A stretch of 64,000 nt of DNA from Octopus sinensis (Eukaryota), in the NCBI RefSeq assembly GCF_006345805.1, contig NC_042998.1, positions 114,266,001-114,330,000 of the forward strand, written 5' to 3'. Made by a program: the position numbers and the translations under genes. Under the pieces are notes generated by a model that was not told where the DNA came from, did not search any database, and saw only the letters and a program-made list of their open reading frames with translations. Positions 14,711 through 27,049 of the stretch are shown piece after piece (positions within the stretch are counted from its first letter, which is position 1; every line of letters begins with the position of its first letter).

Positions 14711-14940
14711 GGCGGCGAGCTGGCAGAAACGTTAGCACGCCGGGCGAAATGCGCAACCGTATTTCGTCTGTCATTACGTTCCGAGTTCAAATTCCGCCGA
14801 GGTTGACTTTGCCTTTCATCCTTTCGGGGTCGATAAATAAAGTACCAGTTAATCACTGGGGTCGATGTAATCGACTTAACCTGTTTGTCTGTCCTTGTTT
14901 TTCCCCTCTATGTTTAGCTCCTTTTGGGTAGTAAAGAAAT
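14711..14940 (+). mobile_element. Full-length tRNA-derived SINE, family A (best copy in window)
   Basis: A-box-like tggcagaaacgttag, B-box-like gagttcaaattcc, conserved core gaggttgactttgcctttcatcctttcggggtcgataaa, 3' end gtaaagaaata. Confidence 0.92.
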
Positions 14941-15064
14941 ATGTGTGTGTGTCTGTGTGTGTCTATGCATTCGTGATAAGTGTGTGCATATCTCAGAGTG
15001 TGTAAGTAAAATGATGCATCCGAGCAAAATCCTGTTACAGAGTGAAATAGGATGAGCATGAATA

Positions 15065-15440
15065 CCAATCATCATCATATTCATCATCATCATCCTCATC
15101 ATCGTCGTCGTCGTCATTATCATCGACATCATTATCAGCAACATAATCATTCGTTGTTGCGGTTATTATTATTGTTAATGTTATATGTTATCAATAGTGG
15201 TAATATTAATGTTGATATTGAAAATGATGATGACGGTAATGATAAAAATGATAACAAATGATGATGATGATATTGATATTAATAATAATGATGATGAAGA
15301 TTATGGTGATGACGATGAGGATGAGGATGATGATGAAAATCATGATCATGATCATGACGAAGGTGATGATTTATGACGATGGTGGGGATAATGCTAATGA
15401 TAACGATGTTTATGATGATGATGCTAATAATAATAGCCAC
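15065..15440. repeat. (CAT)n/(GAT)n low-complexity tract
   Basis: Directly visible. Confidence 0.93.
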
Positions 15441-15659
15441 AACAAATATGCAGTTTTATATAAGAGCATGGTGCCAGATTTTTCTCACCTAATTGCTACT
15501 TATGTCGGCAAATTTTGGCAATTCTGAGGAATTCTTGTAAAAATAGATAAGAAAAGAGGTGCTAACACTGTTTACATATATATTAGTGAGTATTTATTGG
15601 TGTATACTTTTGCACATATCAACATTTGACTTGTCGGTATTCCATTTTTAGTCCATTGC

Positions 15660-15662
15660 ATA

Positions 15663-15697
<35 letters not shown>

Positions 15698-15699
15698 AT

Positions 15700-15746
<47 letters not shown>

Positions 15747-15865
15747 TATATACATATATATATTCATATATATATATCCATATATATATTATTTACTATA
15801 TGATTGAACGCCACGCATCCATTTCCAAGTAAGTTTTATCTAACACACACACACATACATACATA

Positions 15866-15909
<44 letters not shown>

Positions 15910-15987
15910 ATATATATTATATACATATATATATATATGTATGTATTATATATATATATATATTATATATATATATATATGTATATC

Positions 15988-16018
<31 letters not shown>

Positions 16019-16637
16019 CTGTATATATGTATACATTTATGCAGTTATGTATGTATGTATATAATATATATTATATATATGTATGTATGTATGTATATAT
16101 GTGAGTGTGATATTTATTTGTCTGTTTAGATGTAAATATATACATATATGAATATAAAGATAGGGAATGTAAACATTTCTGACATTTTTATGTGCACGTG
16201 TAGACACGCACACATACGCACATATATATATATATACAGTTATGTATCTTTATATATGTATATACACATGTACACACGCACACACACACACGAACACATG
16301 TACATGTGTGTGGGAGTATATATGGATATACAGAAATATATGTCCGAAGGCCAGGAAATAGTTTTATATTTCTGCACTCAGTTGTAATTACACCTCCGAT
16401 TTAGACACATCTACATAAATATGCGTGTGTGTGCGCGTGTGTCAGTGTATATATATATATATATACATGTACATATATACAGGGAGAGTTTACGAAAAAA
16501 ACAAAAGACGAAGACAGGTGGTGTACAAATACATACCTATATATATATGTATGTATATATACATATACATAAATACATATATATGCATCCATGGCTGTAT
16601 ATACATGCACAGATACATATAGATATATGTATGTATA

Positions 16638-16693
<56 letters not shown>

Positions 16694-16777
16694 AGTGAAA
16701 GGAAAATATTATTACTGTTTGCATACATGATTATGCAAATCAAAAGAACAAAGATATTCCAAATTCGCCACCCAAGG

Positions 16778-16829
<52 letters not shown>

Positions 16830-17280
16830 TGTATGCATGTATATGTATATGTATATGTATTTATACCTATATGTATGTATAGTTACTTCTCTCCGTACGT
16901 ATCCACGTACATAACAGTAGAAAAAAAAACTATATTTCTTCCATGGCTACCTATATCATTATACATGATCGACGTGTATATTTTATGGAAGATGTACAAC
17001 ACGAGAAATAATGATACAGAGGAGGTTATGGAAAATGAAAGAAAACTCTTAACCATTTTTCATTGTTTTTCTGTTGTGTGTATGTGTGTGTGTGTGTATT
17101 TTGTATATAAACGAGCAATATATACTAGTTTTTTTGTCCTCCCTTTACCTCTTTATTTTGCATATTTACTTATGTGTGTGTGTGTATAATTGCATATATA
17201 CATATTTGCAATTATATGTATATAAATATACATATATATGTATGTATGTATATATATATAATATATATATATATATATTA

Positions 17281-17322
<42 letters not shown>

Positions 17323-17410
17323 GTACAGATATACATAGATATACATATATAATCATGTTGTATGCAAACAGCAATGTTTTTGTGTGTGTATATCATAAGT
17401 ATTCATCTAT

Positions 17411-17452
<42 letters not shown>

Positions 17453-17785
17453 GGTATATGTATATGTTTATATACATATATGTACACACATGTATGATCA
17501 TTTGATATAGATAAATACATAAATGTGCAAATGTATAGATATTGCTGTACTTTACAATTAATACGTATACATTTTATGTCTTTAGTTACTTATATACACC
17601 CACCCTCTAAATATATACAAATATTTCACACAAAACGAAACAAACATATATATATATATATCTGTACACATATATATGTATATATATATAATAGATATAG
17701 ATATGTATAAATATATATATATACATATATCTGTACACTTATATATATATGTATATATGATATATATATATGTATGTATATATAT

Positions 17786-17832
<47 letters not shown>

Positions 17833-17968
17833 ATACATATGTATTGCGTGTTAGTATTATTTTTATACATACACATATACATATATATATACATACATTT
17901 ATATTATGTGCGTGTATGTATTGTTTTTATACACACATATATATATTATGTGTGTATATGTATTATTT

Positions 17969-18030
<62 letters not shown>

Positions 18031-18145
18031 TTATATATATATATTTATATACATATTATTGTATGCGTGTATTTATGTATTTATATACTACTCACACATG
18101 TACATACATAAACAAAAACGCTCTTATATAAATATATATATATAT
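15660..18145. repeat. Extended (TA)n/(TATG)n/(CA)n microsatellite field
   Basis: Directly visible. Confidence 0.93.
16481..16530 (-). mobile_element. Truncated copy of the hammerhead-bearing short repeat family (ribozyme part missing)
   Basis: gagtttacgaaaaaaacaaaagacgaagacaggtggtgtacaaa matches 37424-37480 and 44766-44815. Confidence 0.8.
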
Positions 18146-18652
18146 GAATACCACTGTGTGAATTTTAGAAGAATGATTCACCATAGCACAGTTGAATACC
18201 ACTTATTATCGGTTGTCCGGTGGCTTAAAACCCTGTTGTTATTTTATTTGTTTATACATTTCTCGCTTTGGTCGACTTCTGTTCGGATGTAGCGTCTTCA
18301 TTTTCATTTTTTGGGACCAAGCGTCTCCCTCTTTCTTTTCTTTTTTTCCCTTCAACGTGTTACATCTTGTTGCTCTCCTTTCCTCTATTCCCAATCTTTT
18401 AGACCTTATGTCTTCTCTCACTTGAACGTACACATATTTTTCCTTGTTTTCTTTATGTCTTTGCTTTTTTCATTATCTTATATTTATAACAATATAATCA
18501 TAAGACATCACTTTAAAATATACACTTATGAACTCCACACTCTCTTTTTTCCTTGTTTTTCACTCTTTTTATCTTTTCTTTATTACAAATATTTACTCAG
18601 TCTTTTTTTTTAACTAATCCACTTAGATTCAGATAACTAAGGTTGCATATAT

Positions 18653-18790
<138 letters not shown>

Positions 18791-18792
18791 GT

Positions 18793-20360
18793 GTCTGTAA
18801 GTGACGTGAAAGTGGCTCTGTTGCCTCGTTGCGTTTCCACCATTCGGGCCCCTCGGGCGGCTCCAACTCCTTCGTTCCTCAGAGCATGCATCCTAGCTCT
18901 GACAACACATCCTTCGTGTTTGGCGTCGAGATGTTGATCGAGGGCCAACCTCGCTGCCAGTACGTTGGACGCGATGCCAGTTCTAAGTGCATCTTCTATA
19001 TTCTTAACTAAGTCTCCCTCTATTCTATTTCGGTCTAATGCTGGGCCTTACTGTACCTGACTGATTCTGCTTTAATTGCTTTCTGTAGAGCATACACCAT
19101 CTCTTGTTGATGATGGCACCCGTCAATTCTCTCTTAACTAATGTGCTAACCCGGTCTCTGTAAGCCTGTCGAGCCGTGAAAGACGCGTTCAGCTTCCAGT
19201 AACCAGGACCCTGCCTATGTGTCTTATCTTAGTCATGTGTACAAGTCACAAATTTGTGGTCTGTGTAGCTGACTATATGGAATTGTGAACAACCTACACT
19301 ATCTTTATCTACTGTCCTACAGAATACTCTAAGTACGATTTGGACGACCCGATGCGGTTTCTCCATGTCCACATTGGTACATTCGGGTCGTCCAGTCGGT
19401 ATCTGATAGACAGTTGGAAATGTCTGAGCAGGTCTTTGAGGCATTTGCATCCCCTCCTATTACTATCTCTGCCCACATAGTCAAGATGCGTGTCCAAGGT
19501 GGCGTTCCAATCCCCTACTAAAAGTAAAGGTCGAGACGTTCCCAGGAAAACCTCTAGACGTCCAAAGAAATCTGGCCGGCCTGTTAAGGACGGTGCATAA
19601 ACTTATCAGTCGAAAGGCACACTCATTGCTGCCATCGACATCGAAGACGACCAGCCTACCCTCCGGGTCTAGGAAAATTGCTCTTACTTTGAGGTCCAGG
19701 CTCTTCCGGAGGAACACCGCGGTGCCACCTTTGCCCATTCTCGGTAGACACGGAGAAAAATAAATATCGAAATGTGTGCCGAACATGTGCTGGAGTGCCC
19801 CACGGGCTGTGGAGTCTGGTCTCACTGATAGCTATGATGTGCAGATTTTGTGACTTGATGTCGTTTAACAGGTAGCCTTGTTTCCAAGGCGACCCCAAGC
19901 CACGTACATTTATACTGCCTATTTTGAGCATGTTCCTATCGAAAGTTGTGTATTACACACGAAAGGAAGATGAAAAAGAAAGAGAGAGAGAGTCACTTAA
20001 TGTCCGAAAGTTATTTGTTCTTCACCTCACAGTTCTCTCCCAGAAGGTTTTCTTACAGTTTTTGGACAAAAGAGAGATTTCAGGGTGATGTATGTGTTCT
20101 TCTGTTATGTGGTTGATTTTAATGTGTTGCGGTGGTGTTGTGCGTGGGTGATTCTTTGTTTTGGTATCATTTTCGGTTATGTTGGTGTTTGACCTAATGA
20201 ATTCCATTAGGTCGGGATTGTTGATGTTTATGGCTGTCAACATTGTTGGGGGGTTTGGTGATAGTGTGTTTGTGTTGATGTGTTTGTTTGCTGCGGATGT
20301 TTTAGTTTCGGGAGTGGTAAACCTCCCTGTTTGTTTGTCTGCTTCGCTATTCCTTTTTTT
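18793..20360 (-). mobile_element. L1/Tx1-clade LINE, inverted 5' part: probable ORF1 C-terminus, spacer, APE endonuclease and linker of ORF2
   Basis: ORF2 starts at 19931: MLKIGSINVRGL..AISETRL..GGTAVFL..LVGDWNATLD..WTW..SYTDHKFV..GPGYWKLN..HEGCVVRARMHALRNEG..ATFTSLTD. These are APE motifs NVRG, (Q)ET, GDxN and SDH. The ORF1 call for 20022-20360 is inference from position only. Confidence 0.9.
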
Positions 20361-21075
20361 CGAACAGGGGCGCGAATTACTCGAGCCTGAAAGGATGTGT
20401 GAGGCTTTTCAACAACACTTTACCTAACTGTTTGGGACAAGTGGTGGGTCAGAACGCAGAGTGGACTTTAGTGCCTACCTGCATGCCCTGCCACGACTCT
20501 CAGCAAGAGAGGCGGAGTGTTGTGAAAAACCCATCACATCCGCGGACGTACGGGATACGATGGCAGGTTGCGCGAGAGACAAGTCATCAGGCTTGGATGG
20601 TCTGCCCTACGAACTTTATTGTCATATGCCAGACTTGCTTGGAGGCGCCTTGGCAGCTGTCTACTGCAACTGAAAGCAAAACGGGAGTATCCCCGCCTTT
20701 GTAAAGCGAGGAGCAGTGGCACTGTTAAGAAAAGACGAGGAACACCTGACCCGCCTGTTCAGGATAACTTTCGAGCCGGGACCTATGGATAATCACAAAA
20801 TATCCCTGGCCTGGCAGTGCTATCGAGAAGCATTACCTGTTCGGGATAAGCTCTACAGGCACGGTTTGAGACACACTGGACCGACTTGCCCGGGATGTCA
20901 GAGCGACGAAACCGTTCTGCACGCACTCGTGCAATGTCCAACCATTTCAGACCTGTGGGCTTGTGCCGAGCGGCTGCTGTCACGTGTGGGACGAGTCCGC
21001 CTGTCGGCTGAATCTAACATGAGAGTTGCTCCATCCCCTTCCCTCAACCGAGAAGGCAAGGCAGTTCTCCTCGTC
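20361..21075 (+). mobile_element. Same L1/Tx1-clade LINE, sense 3' part: pre-RT region joined to the C-terminal CCHC domain, RT core absent
   Basis: EQGRELLEPERMCEAFQQHF..KPITSADV..KSSGLDGLPYELY..GSIP..RGAVALLRKD|EEHLTRLF..LAWQCYREALPVRDKL..CPGCQSDETVLHALVQCP, with internal stops. Confidence 0.88.
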
Positions 21076-21290
21076 AGCGTATTTATCGCTGACGAGGAGA
21101 AAATTTTTATGAATTAATTCTGAAATTGGGACCAATACGATAATAACGGAATTTTTTAGAAATTTCTCTCGGCTTACTTCGAGACGCGTGCTTATAGTGA
21201 TATATTATATGGTTATTAACGATTTGTCTATTTTCGGCATATTTGGCATTAGAATGTTTTTCTTTTGCCCTTGTTTATAAGTTGCTTATA
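21076..21290 (+). mobile_element. Short repeat family 2 (Penelope-LTR-like) with hammerhead-like relic
   Basis: Colinear similarity to 31254-31500. CTGACGA at 21089-21095, helix at 21096-21121, GAAA at 21122-21125. Confidence 0.6.
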
Positions 21291-21325
21291 TATATATATA
21301 TACATAAATATATATATATGTATGT

Positions 21326-21427
21326 TTTTGTCATTAGACTGTTGCCATGCTGAACCACTAAATTACGGTGACATAAACACACCAACACCGGTTGTCAAGC
21401 GGTAGTAGGGGACAGACACAGATACAA
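21326..21427 (-). mobile_element. SINE family B 3' fragment
   Basis: aacaccggttgtcaagcgg is the reverse complement of the family B cgcttgacaaccg motif. Confidence 0.65.
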
Positions 21428-21542
21428 GGAGGCGCACACACACACACACGCCCACACACAAGAAAACAGACAGACACACACATACACACACACATGCACA
21501 CGCACATATATATACAAATATATATATATATATATATATGAT

Positions 21543-21628
21543 ATATAGAAATATAATAAAAGGCTCCCAAATAAGGAAGCTTAGTGCTAGAGACTTAGTG
21601 CTGGAAGCCTTTTATTATATTTCTATAT
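21543..21628. repeat. 86-bp hairpin with perfect 23-bp inverted arms (probable mini-MITE)
   Basis: 21543-21565 atatagaaatataataaaaggct is the exact reverse complement of 21606-21628. Confidence 0.85.
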
Positions 21629-21722
21629 GAATATTATTTTGTCTAATGACTAATTCGTCTTTTATGCTAGGTCACTGGTAATCATAACTTATGTTATTAC
21701 CCTTTTTGATTATGTATATATA

Positions 21723-21762
<40 letters not shown>

Positions 21763-21774
21763 TATATATAATAT

Positions 21775-21835
<61 letters not shown>

Positions 21836-21840
21836 ATTGA

Positions 21841-22022
21841 TTCTAGTTTCAGCTCATGAGCTGTGGCCATGCTGGGGCACCATCCCATTTTTCATCCATC
21901 AAATCCACTCACAAGGCTTTGATTGGCCTGAGGCTATAGTAGGAGACAGTTGTTCAAGGTTTCAGTGGGCCTGAACCCGAAATCATGTGGTTGGGAAGCA
22001 ATTTTTTATTACACAGCCAGGT
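21841..22022 (-). mobile_element. SINE family B 5' part plus adjacent repeat fragment
   Basis: aaatccactcacaaggctttgattggcctgaggctatagtag...catgtggttgggaagcaa...acacagcca is the reverse complement of the family B head. Confidence 0.8.
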
Positions 22023-23405
22023 GTATATTTTTCAGTCTTTTACAGGATGTTGAACTTTATAAACCTTCACTAATTTCATATATATGTATTCTGATGGATG
22101 AATACGGGAGATCCTATTTGCTCTATCGGCTTTATAGATATGGAAGTGAAATCCCGCTCAAATCATATTCTGCCAGGTTTTGTTATTTCTAATGGTCTGC
22201 TCACTACACATATGCATATAAACACGCCCGTACACGTGTGTATTGACGTGTATATATTCATATGTTTATGCATGTGAATGTCTTTGTACAGGTGTATTTA
22301 CTTAGGAAGCCTATAATTATAAAAAACATGGCGAATATTTGTGAATGTGTTTATACGCCTTCATGTAATTTCATCTGTAATTTTAACATATTTGAAATTT
22401 TATAGCAGTCCATATTTGTATATATTTGTTAAATGTCTCTTAACTGTTTCTACTTGTGTTGATTACACATTAGTTCGATTTAATTCTGCTAGCCAGGACG
22501 GCTTCCTTTTATCTGCGCTTCAAATAATTGCTATCACGTTTGCTTTCCAGTTTTAACGTAAGTGACTTCACACATATTGCTTTATCGTACTACTTCATTC
22601 TGTACAGAACTTGTCATAAATCTTGATTCATCTCAAAAGACCAATGGAATATTTCTGGATAATTTTCGTACCTAAAAATTAATTTCTGCCGATTATCAGT
22701 CTAGCCATCATTATATTGTCTTATGGTGGTACACCACCTGTTATTTGATGATTGTAGCTCTCCATCCGCTTCCATCTAACATCATTGGTAAACAACGTTT
22801 CCATTTGTTTTTCATTATTTTAGTGACAAACCAAACAGTCAGTTACTTGCTTAGGCTTTCTGGAATGTCAAAATTATAGGGAACACTACTCTTCACCCTG
22901 TCTCGCATAGTATTTCCCAACGCCAATGCGACTCATTATATCGCTGCCATCTATGCACGTATGTATGTGTATGCGTGTATGTATGCTTGTATGAATGTAT
23001 GCATGTATGTATGTATGTATACGTATGTATGTATTTACCCGTTATTTGTATTGTGGTTGATGATAGACGTGGGTAATGTTCGTCGTGTCCAGTCGCATTG
23101 CTTCCGGCTATACGTCGCTTTGCTAACAAAATTGCGTTTCATGTTTCCCGATGAGCTTAAGAGATTCCTCTGATTTGTGTAATCAAAACGAATTCACAGA
23201 TAGTGGGCACAGCTCTTAGCATTGGCAAAAATATAGGGAAGATGGTAAAGCAACAAAGACTTGAATGGACAGCAACTTTCACCTTTAGTTGCAGACTATA
23301 ATGGCGCCAATTTCATTTATAGTATGCGAACACACAGACATACACACAGACACAGACACAGACACACGTACATACACACACACATACGCACACATACATA
23401 CACAC

Positions 23406-23442
<37 letters not shown>

Positions 23443-23554
23443 TGCGTGTGTTTATGCATGTACATATATAAATATTACATAAATGTATCAACGGATATAT
23501 GCACATATATGTATACATATGTATATATGAGGTTATATGTCTGTATGTGTGTGT

Positions 23555-23812
23555 GAAGGCGTGTGGCCTAGTAGCTAGAGAGTTCCACTCACTATCGCAA
23601 AGTCGTGGTTTCGACTCCAGACCGATGGTACGTTTTGATCTTGAACAAAATACTTCACAGTTCATTCAGCTATAGATGTGTAACCCTGAACTCTGCTCAG
23701 AGCTAATTTTGGCCTGCCCGCCTACACAACGGGTTGGCATCATCTGAAGGCTACACGCATGCGAGAAAGCGTATTGTGACTAGAGGTGTGTAACAACATC
23801 CGATAGCCTGGT
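23555..23812 (+). mobile_element. tRNA-derived SINE, family D (ggcgtgtggcctagt head), degenerate
   Basis: A-box tggcctagtagctag and B-box ggtttcgactcc. Head resembles the reverse complement of the copy at 42124-42356. Confidence 0.7.
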
Positions 23813-23855
23813 CTATAGAGTGGCACACACACACAGACACATACGCACACATATA

Positions 23856-24085
23856 TACATATAAGAGGGATGACCACTAAGTGGACATCCATTATGCCAG
23901 AAATCGACCCCCTGTGGTCTTACCACTAAGAAAGGAATGTTCTCAAGAAAATTTAGCAAACGCCAGAACGTAAGGGAGCAAGACAAATGAAATGATACAA
24001 AATATTCCTTTCTTAGTGGTAAGATCACAAAGATTGACTTCTAGCATAATGGATGTCCACTTAGTGGTCATGCCTCATATATGTA
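23856..24085. mobile_element. MITE with about 86-bp terminal inverted repeats in a TA context
   Basis: 23856-23941 pairs with 24001-24085, e.g. the 29-nt block atgaccactaagtggacatccattatgc is shared. Spacer is about 60 bp. Confidence 0.85.
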
Positions 24086-24497
24086 TGCAATATAATTTTT
24101 CTGAATCTTCAGATCTTTCTATATGCTGGACCACTGGTTTTAAATTGATATTAATCAAATTAATATTCAGTTTTTCACCCTTATTATTTAAAATATATAT
24201 ATATATATATGTATGTTACTAAAATCTCAGCGTTAGGCAGTGTTAAGGCATGAGTGAACTTTACAGTAGTTAAAATATGTTTGTAACATATTTCGACTGC
24301 TAAAAACAAATTCACTGTAGTTATTGTAGAGAAAAATGTATCTCTTATTGGAAGAAAAATGTGAAAGCAATATATGTGACCAGTGTTGCGACGGTAACTG
24401 CAGTGAATTTGTCTTTAGTCGTTGAAATATGTCGCAAGCGTATGTTAGTTAACCTGAAGTTCGCTTAAGCCTAAACACTGCTTAGCGCTGTTATTAT

Positions 24498-24580
24498 GGC
24501 AGAATTTGAACTTAGAAAATATATACAGACGTATGTATTTTGCCCGGCGTTCTAACGATTCTGCGAGCTCGCTGCCTTAT
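24498..24580 (-). mobile_element. SINE family A 5' fragment
   Basis: aatttgaacttagaa...ttctgcgagctcgctgcctta. Confidence 0.7.
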
Positions 24581-24664
24581 TAACAACAAATAATTACGAT
24601 TTTCTACCCTATGCACAAGACTACAAATAAACTAGATTCATTACATTAATGCAGGGGCTCTTAA

Positions 24665-25560
24665 AGTGGGGTCCAGTTTAAAAAATGTTCAGAATTACTT
24701 GATTACAACGGCGAACTTCATCAAAGCGAACGCACTCAACTCCCGTCTGTTTGCCGAGTTGTGCAAAGAAAGTGGTTCTGAATGTTTAGAAAGTGGTTCG
24801 AAAGCCATCTCATTTGTGAGATAGCTTTCGAGGGAAAACAATAAAGAGGGTCTTCCTTCTACGAAAAAGAGTTCTCAATTTTTTTACAAGATGCCAAGCC
24901 AGATTTGCACGCCATATTCTCTGATGTTCGTTTTCTGATCTGCTTGGCATTGTTGCTGGTCATATTCGTGTCAGTAAAGGCCGTCAATCTTCCATTGCAA
25001 AGGAAAGATATAACCACGTTTCAGTCTCATGAAACATTTCTTTCAAAATGAAGCTTGAACTTTGGCACCCAAAGTTAGATACAAAGAACTTTGCATCATT
25101 TCTTCAACTAAAAACGTTTATAGATGAAAACGAGCTTCAAGTCGATGACGATATTGTTGAACTCCTGAAGCAACACGTGTCAATACTTAGCAGGAAAATA
25201 TTCTCTTTATTTTCCTGTTCTTCATGACTTTGATGAATACTTCCGCTTTATGAGGAAGCTCATTGTACTCTCTGTTAGAGATCTGCCAACAGAAGATAAC
25301 TTGATTCTAGAGTAATTCATTGATTTGAGCAATGATGGAGGTGCAAAATGTTTTTTCCGTGAAATGTGCTCTTCTGACTTTTGGATTGAAATGGCACTGT
25401 CATATCCTGATGTCGCACCGATGGCTCTTAAAGAACTGGTGTCATTTCCAACCACCTATGAATGTGAGACCTAGTTTTCCACTTCCCTTGCCGTCAAAAA
25501 ATGAAGTCATGAAATCGACTGGATGTCACACCAGAAATGAGGGTTGCCCTCACCAAAACA
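24665..25560 (+). mobile_element. hAT (Buster/Charlie, ZBED5/ZBED8-like) transposase C-terminal remnant
   Basis: NFIKANALNSRLFAELC; VR*LSR (VRWLSRG motif); KLELW; FIDLSND; FWIEM..YPDVA..ALKELVSFPTTYECET*FS; RLDVTPEMRVAL. Multiple stops and frameshifts. Confidence 0.88.
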
Positions 25561-26435
25561 TAGCCAGCTGTATTTAAAATGACAGATGGTCTGCTTTTGT
25601 GAATAAATAATTCCTTATAAAATTATTTTTGTCATGTTATGTATCAGGGATGACAAACTTTCCGGGGTAGAAGAGAAGACAGTGTTTCTACTAAAATTGT
25701 GGTTTTCTGTGCATAATAGTGGTCCAATTGACATAAACATCTGTACATTTTGGGATGTTATTAAAATTCTGCTGACAATAGGTAAATTGTTTGAAATGCA
25801 TCACTGGATAACCAATACGAGGAATGGCCTGGCAATAGGGAGGAATAGCATCCCAAACAGGGTGAAAGGCGAAGGTGATACCAAAAGATCGAGAACCACT
25901 GTCACGTACATATATATGCCGTAGTTTTCGGTGTATGACCCGCAGTTTCTGCCTGCTAAATAGGCAACAAATGGGTCTTGCGCAGTTCTTAATACAGGAT
26001 GCTGGGGATAGTTTCGGGCTGTTTTCGTGTCTCATTTGTCTTGTAACCAATTGATCAACGGATTCCTCATATCTTCATGTGTATTTATTGTATCGCAATG
26101 GAGTATTGCATGGATTAAGTTGTGATTTTCGGGGTTGTGTGTCTATAGGCAGTGCGGTTCATAATCCGGAAATTACGGTACCCGAATGTTTGTCATTATT
26201 TCTATGTTAATTATCCTGCTTTTTATTGAGGACCGCAAATCATCGGGAAAAACCTGCAAGGTGACTGGCACGTAAACTTTTTTGAAAAGTTTGAGCGCCG
26301 CTGCTTTAATGACTAACAGTTTATTGAATGCAGTAAAATTAAGTGTAAAATCGAATCAAAACAACATGGGACACATTTCAATGCTATGAGACTTTTCGGT
26401 ATAACACGTCGCTGAATTATTTTTTATATTAATAA

Positions 26436-26630
26436 TGATTTCAAATTTTGGCACAAGGCCAGCAAGTTCAGGGGAAGGATTAGGTCGGTTACGTCGACCC
26501 GAGTGTGCAATTGGTACGTATTTCATTGACTCCGAAAAGATTAAAGGTAAAACTGACCTTAGCGGAATGTGAACTAGGAACGTAAACATGGACGAAACGC
26601 TGTAAAGACGGACGAAATGCTGCTGGGGAA
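26436..26630 (-). mobile_element. SINE family A variant, degenerate
   Basis: tttcaaattttggcacaaggccagca tail and ctgaccttagcggaatgtgaact core, as at 60053-60268. Confidence 0.75.
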
Positions 26631-27049
26631 CCATACAATGTGTTGTAGGGTCTACGCTAGCAAAATAGTAAATTAGGGATCCCCAGTAGTGTCCTAAGAT
26701 TCCATGAAAAGTTCTTATTTAAATATATGCATTGCAAGAAACAGCTAGTTTTCTTTCTCTGATGTTTTGTATAGCTCAAACTATACAAGAAGAATCTTTG
26801 TAATTAGCTTTTAAACATCGAAAGACTGTGGGAGTACACCAGAGTAAAATAGCAAACAAAGAGGTGTATAGGGGAAAATAGTAGAAAACCACGGCTCTAA
26901 AGCGAGGAACACCGTTTGTCCTGTCTTGTTAAAGTTGGGTGTCGGCGCGATCCCCACGATAAATTTTGGCTGATAGCCGGATTCGTCCTGCACGAATCAG
27001 CATGATAACATAACATATAACAAAGATGTTGGTAATGACTGAAAGTAAT

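Noticed and set aside
14711-14800. Possible tRNA genes at SINE heads
   Set aside because: A/B boxes are present but there is no cloverleaf, and they continue into SINE bodies.
25634-26050. Overlapping 96-aa and 119-aa ORFs with faint mariner-like words (PPY, NCARP)
   Set aside because: Similarity is too weak and no TIRs were found.
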